A DNA stretch of 64,000 nucleotides from Hamiltosporidium tvaerminnensis FI-OER-3-3. Taxonomy: Eukaryota > Fungi > Microsporidia. The notes beneath the pieces are model-generated. The model saw nothing but the letters and a program-made list of their open reading frames with translations. It did no database searches and was not told the origin of the DNA. Below, in pieces: positions 38,090 to 47,523 of the stretch. The position numbers and the translations under genes are program-made. Every line of letters begins with the position of its first letter. Positions within the stretch are counted from its first letter, which is position 1. The stretch spans positions 1,240,001-1,304,000 of the forward strand of contig JAKIMF020000001.1 of NCBI GenBank assembly GCA_022605425.2. Reading direction: 5' to 3'.

Positions 38090-41000
38090 ACTTTTACCTT
38101 TCGGAACAGGGAGACTCGGCAAAATCTACTTTATATATATAAGTGATTCTTGATGGCCGATTTCTCATCGCGAAAGGTGAGTAGCGACTTAGGTTGACAG
38201 AAACCTGACCTACCAAAGATTTGCAGGCTTGGTGGCTTCAGAATGTGTTCCCTTCACCAATTCAAGCATCTATGGGCTTATTCTCTGTAATCCTGGAATT
38301 AAACATAAAAAAAAACAAATACTAACAAAACGGAATAAAACAAAAATAAATGATTGGGGTAAAATAAAACTATAACTTATGGAACATGTAATGTAAGACG
38401 CTTAACTAGAAAAACAAAAAAAGATGTTGATAATAGGCGAAACAAAAGTAAAATATCTCGCATTACTGAAATCAAAAGAAAGAACAGTGTTGTGGAATAA
38501 TCAAAAATTGTTTCTTTAATTTTTATTCTGGTGTCCTAAAAAATTAAAGATTAAAAACCAAAGTTGGATTTCTATTTCACAGATATAAAGTAAATTGCAT
38601 ATGTGTAGAAATTATTATGAAAAAATGATGAGTTTAATCATAAAGAAAAGGGAATCTGATATAACTTCAGGGGTAGTCTATGCAGCGAATGTACACTAAT
38701 TGAGGTAACTGGACAAAAAAAAATTATGAACAAAGCCAAGTCACAGTTATTAAAATGAAAGACAAGTTCAGGATACTATGAGTCCTTAATATGAGTTGGT
38801 TACAAAGTAGGCAATGTAAAAAGAGCGATGGGTATGTTCTGTGAATAATTCAGAATGAATCAGATCTATATTCTTACAATTTTGGATAGAAAATGCCGGG
38901 ATTATCATAAACGCAACACTTCCGCATAAATATGAGCATTAATTTACCAGAGCCTAACTTTCAAGAATCATAATTCTATGATCGATTACATAGTGAGAAA
39001 AGAAGCTTCCTTATAAAATGCAGTGACACTAGTGTAATTAAAGGCTCCTAAATAAGAAGAAACAATCATTTACGGGTTCTAAATAGATTTGTTAAAGCAA
39101 AAACACAGCAAAGAGAATCAATGCAAAAGTAAGAAAAATTTCAAAAATATAAAGACCGCCAAACTGAAAATTACAGAGAAAAAAGCTCCCTCTGGGATCT
39201 AATGAAAAAACAAGTAAAATTCACGAGAAAAAATGCTCAAGTGAAAACCCTGTGGCGACAGAAAATATATTCAAAACAATATTTCTGAATCTAGCTGATA
39301 CAGTATGCCCCAAATCAAAATGCAGTGAATAAAAAGTTTGGATGAAAAAAATAGTAGTCTTAATCTATAAAATCAAAGAAAAAAAGAATAAATGGAAAAA
39401 ATATTTAAGAAACAGATCCAAATAAACTTACCGGAATTACGAAACCAAACAAAAAAAGTTAAAAACCTAGTCAGAGAAGAAAAATTTGAGAAGATTTCGG
39501 GAAGTTTTTAAACGAAAATTTCCTAGAAAATCAAAAACTCTTCTACAAAGTCTTATAAGAATGAGAAACAGCAATAAAAGGCTTAAAATTTGTTCTTAGT
39601 AAAGAAGGAGAACTTTTAAGAGCTGAAAAAACAGGTTATGGAAAGTCAGAGAAATACCTTTTCATATTATTAAATGCTAGAAAATGAATGTAATTTTGAA
39701 GCCAACACCAATAATTAGTATTTAGTCTGAAAATTAAGAAAACCAGAAGGAATAACTAAGACTGGATTTAGAGAAGTTTTAGATTAAAATGAATATTAGA
39801 AAAGCTCAGGTATGGCTTATTCCTCCCGAGTTCTTAAAATATACATTCAAAGCGAGAAAAAGCTTCTTTTAAAGTGATAAAAAATCTAAGAGAAAAGCCA
39901 ATATTCCGAGAGACCGTAAAGCAGCTTTGATAACTCTAATCATAAAAAAGAAAATAGCAGAGACCACCCGAATCACGGAAGGATAACTTTGGCTAAGTGT
40001 TTCGGAAAAAAATACTCAAGGGTACTGAGAGAAAGCCTCAGGGGACAAATAGAACATCTTACTAAAGAGAAGAAATTTGATTTTAAAAAGTCTACTACAC
40101 ACAAGATCATATTTTAACAATACGGCTGCTCAAAAACAAGATTATGGAATATTGTAATAATGTTCATACCTCATTTCCAGATCCAGAGGAAGTATTGGAT
40201 ACTGTGCAGCAGTCTAAGCTTTAGATGGTTTTAGAAAAAGAGGTGTTTAAAATATTTTTATCAAACAAGTACAAAGCACCTATAATATTTTCCAAACTAT
40301 TAGGACGAAGAACTCATTTTCAGAAGAATTTATCAGATCTTCGGATGTAAGGCAAGAGAACATCCTTAACCTTTATTTATTTATCATTTTAATCAACCAT
40401 ATAACTAAGAAAAGCCTAAAACAAAATTTGACAGTTTAATATAGAAACATGTTTTTAGCAGCATTAAAGTTAGCAGTATTAGCATACACCAAAGACTTAT
40501 TCTTTCTTTCAAAGCCAAGAACAAGATTTGCAAGAAAATCTATAAATTTGGAATTTAGAGTTAAGAAACCGAAGATTAAAGGTGAATAACACTAATACGG
40601 ACTTAATGGTGATATCTACGATGTATACAAAACACTTAATGGAGTAAACGAAGTCGTTATAAAATAAATAGAAGATTTAAATACTTTAAATCCACACTAA
40701 GATTGATTGATGCTCTGATAAAGATCTTAAAGTCAAAAAAATACCACCGAAAAACTAAATAGAGCAATCAGTAAAGCATTTTTAGGTAAGAAAAAGCATC
40801 TATTAAAACCAAGATGGTTGTATACTTCTTAATTTATGTTTGTATCTACATATTATTGTCAGTCCTAAGTGCTCTATTGAGAAAGTCAGATTTCGAGCGA
40901 TTAAAATGAAATAAAGATTTTTATTTGAAAAAAAGGAAATAAGACAATCAAACAGTGTTCAAAACACAATTATTATTAGAAAACAGATATGCAAACTGCA

Positions 41001-41245
41001 CTGACTCCGAAAAATGAGCAGAATATAAAACGAAAAGCCCAAATAGAACACACAAAAGTAGATGCGATAGTAGACAACCAAGAGAGAGACCAAACTGAGT
41101 ATATTTTAACTAATTAAAACCGGCTTTTCATTAGAGAGGAATAGTTTTTAGAAAAAAATCCAGAGAATTGACTAGCGATAAAGATGTTGGCTGTCTCATT
41201 TATTCATCTTCAACACCAAGAAGTAAAAGAGAAGTAAAATAATGC
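38090..41245 (+). mobile_element. Heavily decayed APE-RT non-LTR retrotransposon (RTE-like) with structured 5' region
   Basis: TYGTCNVRRL and ITEIK (APE N-terminus) at about 38375-38475; IPPEFLKY at 39819; TQDHILTIRL at 40099; DVRQENIL at 40345; LAYTKDL (YADD position) at 40480; purine-rich gaagtaaaa tail near 41220. No long ORF survives. Confidence 0.75.
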
Positions 41246-41255
41246 ATAAGTATAC

Positions 41256-41591
41256 TTAACCCCTCTTTAAAACACTCCTATCCTCTCAAAATCCTATACC
41301 CCTTTACAACACTACTATTATAACTAACACTACCCTCTATACTTAATACCCCATTACTACCCTTTTAACTTAACACCCCCTTTACAAACATACTACTACT
41401 ACCCCTTTACAAACACTTATAACTAACACCCCTTTACTACCCTTTTAACTTAACACCCCCTTTACAAACATACTACTACTACCCCTTTATAATACCTCCC
41501 ACTAACACCCCTTTACTACCCTATATACTTAACACCCCCTTTACAAACATACTACTACCCCTTTATAATACCCTCCCACTAACACCCCCTT
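41256..41591. repeat. C-rich TAACACCCC/TACCCC minisatellite upstream of the helicase
   Basis: Repeated taacacccc and ctacccct with a ~79-nt higher-order unit present about three times; ends in cccccttATG. Confidence 0.9.
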
Positions 41592-44500
41592 ATGTTCCCA
41601 TACAACCTCCCAATATCAAAATACTCCACAAAAATATTAACCACTCTTAAAAATAACAACACTCTTATAATAACTGGCAGTACAGGAACAGGTAAATCAA
41701 CATATACACCACTACTTCTACATAACAATGGATTCAACAAAATACTTGTTATTGAACCACGTCGTATAGCAGTTAAATCTATTTACAATACGTTATATCA
41801 TATTATTACAGACACAGGATATAACAAAGAGAAGTTTAAAGAAAATAGAGATATTAAAGAGAATGGAGATAATGGAGAAGATAAGAGGGATACTAAAGAA
41901 AACAGAGGTAGTAAAGAGAATAAAGGTATAAGTAAAGAGAATAATAAATATATAAGGGAAGAGAATAATAGAGATAATAAGAACCATACCAATACTTATA
42001 CTAATACCAATACTAATAATATTCTTGGTTATAAGATGAGATTTGATAGTCATAACAGTAAGAATTGTAATATTAAAATAGTAACAGATGGTACGTTTCT
42101 TAACGAGGTACTTAAGAGTAGTAAAGGTAGAGAAAGTAAGAATAGTAGATGTAATAATATATATCCTAACCCTACCCCTAACCCTAATAAATGCATAAAC
42201 AACTGTAATACTGATATATCTATTAGTAATAACAAATATCATAACCCTAACCCTAACCCTAATAGATGCATAAACAATATAAGTAATAACCCTATATCTA
42301 CTAGTAGTAATATATATCCTAACCCTACCCCTAATATATGCATAAACAACTGTAATACTGACATACCTATTAGTAATAACAAATATCATAACCCTAACCC
42401 TAACCCTAACAATATAAGTAATAACCCTATGTCTACTAGTAGTAATATATATCCTAACCCTAACCCTAACCCTAGTATATGCATAAACAATATAAGTAAT
42501 AACAATACCAAGAATAATATAACTATTAATAATATTCTTCCTTACTCTGTTATTATAATAGATGAAGTGCATGAACGTTCTATACGTACAGATATTATAA
42601 TATCATATCTTAAATATATAAATTTTAAAGGTAAATTAATACTTATGAGTGCTACTCTTAATACACATATATTTATAAAATATTTTAATTGTAATATTAT
42701 TACTATAAATGATATTTGTTATCCTATTAAGTATATTTATAGTGAATGTGCTGTTAGTGATTATATAATAGAAGCATACCAGAAAATAAAGGGTATAGTA
42801 AGTGGTAAGGATATAGATATGTTTAAGGGTGGTGAGGGTGTTAATGATAGTAGTAGGTTAGAGGGTGTTAATGATAGTAGGGATAGAGTAGGGGGTGTTA
42901 GTAAGAGTAGTAGGTTAGAGGGTGTTAATGATAGTAGTAGATTGGAGGGTGTTAGTAAGAGTAGTAGGTTAGAGGGTGTTAATGATAGTAGTAGGTTAGA
43001 GGGTGTTAATGATAGTAGGGATAATTATAAGGGTGTTAGTAAAAGTATAGATAATTATAAGGGTGTTAGTAATAAAGATAGTGTTATAAAGGGTGTTAGT
43101 CATAGTAGGGATATGATAGAGGGTGTTATTAATAATAGTAGTAAACAACAGGGTGTTATTAACTGTATAGATAATTATAAGGGTGTTAATGATAAGAGTA
43201 GTAAACAACAGGGTGTTAATAACAGTAGTAATAATTATCACCCTGTTAATAATTTGAATAATAAAGATAACCTTATAGATAACACTAAAGATAATAACCC
43301 TAATACCATTAAAGACATTCTTGTCTTCCTTCCTGGTGAAGATGATATCAATGACTTATATAAGTTATTAAGACGTATACCTAATATAAGTGTTATTAAG
43401 ATGCATTCTACACTAACAGATACAGAACAGTCAATAGTATATAACGATAGTAGTAATAGAGATAATAAGAATATTAATAAGGATAGTACTGGTAATAAGA
43501 TATACAATAATATACCTAACCCTAACTTAAACGATTATACTAATAACAGTAGTAATACTATATTACCTAACCCTACCCTAACCCTAAATAAATGCATAAA
43601 CAATTCTATTAGTAATACTAACAGTAGTAATACTATATTACCAATACCTAACCCTAACCTAACCCTAAATACATGCATAAACAATTCTATTAGTAATACT
43701 AACAGTAGTAATACTATATTACCTAACCCTACCCTAACCCTAAATACATGCATAAACAATTCTATTAGTAATATTAACAGTAGTAATACTATATTACCTA
43801 ACCCTACCCTAACCCTAAATAAATGCATAAACAATTCTATTAGTAATACTAACAGTAGTAATACTATATTACCTAACCCTACCCTAACCCTAAACACATG
43901 CATAAACAGTTCTACCCTAACCCTAAATACACGTGTTATTCTCTCTACTAATATATGTGAAACCTCCCTTACAATACCAGGTATACGTTATGTTATAGAC
44001 TGTGGTATATCAAAAATAAAAGTAACTTATAATAATGTTAATTATATAGGTTGTATAATAAGTAATAAATTATCTTCTGATCAAAGAGCAGGTAGATGTA
44101 ATAGAATGAGTAGTGGTATATGTTATAGGTTATATACCAAGGAGATGTACAATATGATGTGTAGTAGTATATATGATAATAATAGTAAGAGTAATACTAA
44201 GAGTATTATGAGTAACACTAATACTAAGAGTAATACTAAGAGTAATACTAAGAGTAATACTAACACTAATACTAAGAGTAATATCACCAACCCTAATATA
44301 ACTAACAACCCTAATACCACTACTCCTCTTGTTAATACTACTCCTGAGATACAGAGGTGTAGTGTTATTGATACTTTATTATTTCTTATTGTTAATTATA
44401 TAGATGTTGGTAAGTATTGTTATATAAATAAACCTTATAAAGATAATTGTAAGGAAAGTATAAGAAGGTTATTAGAAATAGGATGTATTACAGTAAATAA

Positions 44501-46217
44501 AGGGTATTTTGGTAACACTGGGGTTATATTAGAGGGTGTTAATCATAATAGTAGTAGGTTAGAGGGTGTTAGTAACAGTAGGGATAGAGTAGGGGGTGTT
44601 AATGATAAGAGTAGGTTAGAGGGCATTAATGATAAGAGTAGGTTAGAGGGCATTAATGATAAGAGTATGTTAGAGGGTGTTAGTAACAGTAGGGATAGAG
44701 TAGGGGGTGTTAGTAATATGAGTAGGTTAGAGGGTGTTAATCATAAGAGTATGTTAGAGGGTGTTAGTAACAGTAGGGATAGAGTAGGGGGTGTTAATCA
44801 TAAGAGTAGGTTAGAGGGTGTTAATCATAAGAGTATGTTAGAGGGTGTTAGTAACAGTAGGGATAGAGTAGGGGGTTTTAGTAATATGAGTTCAAATAAA
44901 CAACAGGGTGTTAATTATAGTAGTAGTGATTATAACCCCTTTAATACCAGTATTAATGAACAAGACCCTATTAGTAACAGTACCAATGACCGACACCCTT
45001 TATATATAAGTACTCATAAACAACACCCTCTTAACACCCCTACTAATAAACAACACCCCTTTAACACCACTACTATCACACCCATACCCACTAACACCCC
45101 TACTAATACACCCACCTCTACTAACACTACCATTAACACCCCTAACTATAATATACCCTTTATTCCTACTACTTATGGTATTTCCTTACTAAAACACCCC
45201 TTTGATGTTAATACTTCACATTTCTATTCTTTAAGTATAAATAATAATATAAATAACGTATCAATACTATTATTATCTTTAATATCACAAGATAGTTTTA
45301 ATTTTCTTAGTAAAGCTAATAAGTATAAATGTAGTAGTGATATAGAATATCTTATAAATATAATGAGTGAGTATATAAGAGTAATGGATAAGAGTAATAA
45401 GGGTGAGATAAGTGATGTAAGTGAGAGGGATGTGGGTGATAAGAATAATAAGAGGAATAGGAGTAATAAGGATGAGATAAGTGAGAGGGATGTGGGTGAT
45501 AAGAATAATAAGAGGAATAGGAGTAATAAGGATGAGATAAGTGATAATATAGGTAACAGTAATAAAGGTGATAATAATAAAGGTATAAGTAATAGTACAA
45601 ATATAAGGGATAAGTATGACTTTTGTAGAGAATATAACTTACCTGTTAAAGGTATGGATACAGGGTATCGCTTATACAAGCATCTTAGTAGGAAAGGTTA
45701 TAGTAATAGAGGTAGGGGTGTTAATAATAGAGGTATATTAGAGGGTGTTAGTAACACTAAAGATAAACAAGAGGGTGTTATTGATAGTAAAGATAAAGAA
45801 CAGGGTGTTAATGATAAGAGTAATAAGGAAGAGGGTGTTATTAAAACTACTAATAAACAACAGGGTGTTATTAAAGGTAAAGATACAGAAGAGGGTGTTA
45901 ATAACAACAATATAAAACAACACCCCTTTAAAAAACATCCATATGAACAACACCCTCTTAACAACAACAATATAGATAAACACCCCTTTAACAATACTGA
46001 TACTTTTACATTACATAAAGTGTTTAGTAAGGCTTTTAATTATAATATAAGTTTAAGACAGAAAGATGGTTCTTATATTTGTATAAGAAGTGGTGTTAAA
46101 GTATATATACATCCTAGTAGTGCTTGTTATAATAAAAGGTATAAAAAGATAGTTTATGTTGATTTGTATGGAGGGGATAGGATATATACAAGGATAGTAA
46201 GTAGGTATTATGGGTGA
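41592..46217 (+). CDS. DEAH/RHA-family RNA helicase (Dhr2/DHX33- or Prp43/Prp22-like) with about 8 in-frame repeat insertions
   Basis: Motifs in order: GSTGTGKST, EPRRIAV, GYKMRFD, TDGTFL, DEVHERS, MSAT, LVFLPGEDDI, STNICETSLTIPGIRYVIDCG, QRAGRCNR, PEIQR, IHPSS; uninterrupted 1541-aa ORF. Confidence 0.95.
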   Translation: MFPYNLPISKYSTKILTTLKNNNTLIITGSTGTGKSTYTPLLLHNNGFNKILVIEPRRIAVKSIYNTLYHIITDTGYNKEKFKENRDIKENGDNGEDKRDTKENRGSKENKGISKENNKYIREENNRDNKNHTNTYTNTNTNNILGYKMRFDSHNSKNCNIKIVTDGTFLNEVLKSSKGRESKNSRCNNIYPNPTPNPNKCINNCNTDISISNNKYHNPNPNPNRCINNISNNPISTSSNIYPNPTPNICINNCNTDIPISNNKYHNPNPNPNNISNNPMSTSSNIYPNPNPNPSICINNISNNNTKNNITINNILPYSVIIIDEVHERSIRTDIIISYLKYINFKGKLILMSATLNTHIFIKYFNCNIITINDICYPIKYIYSECAVSDYIIEAYQKIKGIVSGKDIDMFKGGEGVNDSSRLEGVNDSRDRVGGVSKSSRLEGVNDSSRLEGVSKSSRLEGVNDSSRLEGVNDSRDNYKGVSKSIDNYKGVSNKDSVIKGVSHSRDMIEGVINNSSKQQGVINCIDNYKGVNDKSSKQQGVNNSSNNYHPVNNLNNKDNLIDNTKDNNPNTIKDILVFLPGEDDINDLYKLLRRIPNISVIKMHSTLTDTEQSIVYNDSSNRDNKNINKDSTGNKIYNNIPNPNLNDYTNNSSNTILPNPTLTLNKCINNSISNTNSSNTILPIPNPNLTLNTCINNSISNTNSSNTILPNPTLTLNTCINNSISNINSSNTILPNPTLTLNKCINNSISNTNSSNTILPNPTLTLNTCINSSTLTLNTRVILSTNICETSLTIPGIRYVIDCGISKIKVTYNNVNYIGCIISNKLSSDQRAGRCNRMSSGICYRLYTKEMYNMMCSSIYDNNSKSNTKSIMSNTNTKSNTKSNTKSNTNTNTKSNITNPNITNNPNTTTPLVNTTPEIQRCSVIDTLLFLIVNYIDVGKYCYINKPYKDNCKESIRRLLEIGCITVNKGYFGNTGVILEGVNHNSSRLEGVSNSRDRVGGVNDKSRLEGINDKSRLEGINDKSMLEGVSNSRDRVGGVSNMSRLEGVNHKSMLEGVSNSRDRVGGVNHKSRLEGVNHKSMLEGVSNSRDRVGGFSNMSSNKQQGVNYSSSDYNPFNTSINEQDPISNSTNDRHPLYISTHKQHPLNTPTNKQHPFNTTTITPIPTNTPTNTPTSTNTTINTPNYNIPFIPTTYGISLLKHPFDVNTSHFYSLSINNNINNVSILLLSLISQDSFNFLSKANKYKCSSDIEYLINIMSEYIRVMDKSNKGEISDVSERDVGDKNNKRNRSNKDEISERDVGDKNNKRNRSNKDEISDNIGNSNKGDNNKGISNSTNIRDKYDFCREYNLPVKGMDTGYRLYKHLSRKGYSNRGRGVNNRGILEGVSNTKDKQEGVIDSKDKEQGVNDKSNKEEGVIKTTNKQQGVIKGKDTEEGVNNNNIKQHPFKKHPYEQHPLNNNNIDKHPFNNTDTFTLHKVFSKAFNYNISLRQKDGSYICIRSGVKVYIHPSSACYNKRYKKIVYVDLYGGDRIYTRIVSRYYG

Positions 46218-47523
46218 GAGGAGTAGTGATAGAAATAAGAGGGTGTTGATTACAATAACGATGTATTAGAGGGTGTTGATTATAGAGGTAATTAATAAGA
46301 GGGTGTTAATGAAAAGTAGTAATAAATAAGAGGGTGTTGATGATAAGTAGTAATAAATAAGAGGGTGTTGATTACAATAACGATGATTAGAGTGGGTTAA
46401 TTATAGAGGCAATTAATAAGAGGGTGTTAATGATAAGTAGTAATAAATAAGATGGTGTTAGTAGTATAAGTAATGAATAAGAGTGTGTTAATTATAATAT
46501 AGTATATTATAAGGGTGTTAATGATAGAGGTAATGAATAAGAGGGTGTTAATGATAAGTAGTAATAAATAAGATGGTGTTAGTAGTATAAGTAATGAATA
46601 AGAGTGTGTTAATTATAATATAGTATATTATAAGGGTGTTAATTATATGTAGTAATGTATTGGAGGGTGTTAATTATATGTTGTAATGAATAAGAGGGTG
46701 TTAATTATATTATTAGTATATTATAAAGGTTTTAATTATATGTAGTAATGTATTAGAGGGTGTTAATTATAAGTTGTAATGAATAAGAGGGTGTTAATTA
46801 TAATATAGTATATTAAAGGGTGTTAGTAATGGATATAATAAATAATAGGGTTTTAATAATAGTAGTATGATAATAGAAATATTAAAGGGGTTAACTTGTA
46901 TATCACTACTAATAATAGATTTAAAGTAATTTAAATAAAAAATATAAAATTTAAAGTCTTATTTATACAATTATAATATTAAGGGTGTTAGATATAAGGA
47001 GTAATAAATGGGTGTTAGTATATAAGTAAATTGTTTATGTTTTAAAGGGGTGTTAATTACTATTACGATTTATTATATATTATCACCTTTTAATACATTC
47101 TAATAATATTGATGGTTAAAGGGGTGTTAATTGCTATTGGGATTTATAATATATTAACACCCTTTAAAACATTTACAATCTACCTATATATTAACACCCT
47201 TTAAAACATTTACAATCTACCTATATATTAACATCCTTTAAAACATTTACAATATACTAATCTATTAACACCCTTTAATACTTTATAAATCTACTTGTCT
47301 ATTAACACCCTTTAATACATATACAATATACTTATTTATTAACACCCTTTAAACCATAAACAATATATTTATCTATTAACACCCTTTAACACCTTTACAA
47401 TATACTAATCTATTAACACCCTTTAAAACATATAAATCTACTTATCTATTAACACCCTTTAATACTTTATAAATCTAATTGTCTATTAACACCCTTTATA
47501 ATACTCCCTTATAGATTAACACC
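46218..47523. repeat. Bipolar intergenic array: GAGGGTGTTA units (46218-47130) then TTAACACCC units (47153-47523)
   Basis: Read directly; polarity flips at about 47060-47155 between the convergent helicase and PAP2 genes. Confidence 0.92.

Noticed and set aside
42810-45150. Repeat insertions as spliceosomal introns or inteins
   Set aside because: No consistent GT-AG or branch-point boundaries seen, all are stop-free and in frame, and no intein C/S...HN motifs; non-canonical splicing cannot be excluded without cDNA
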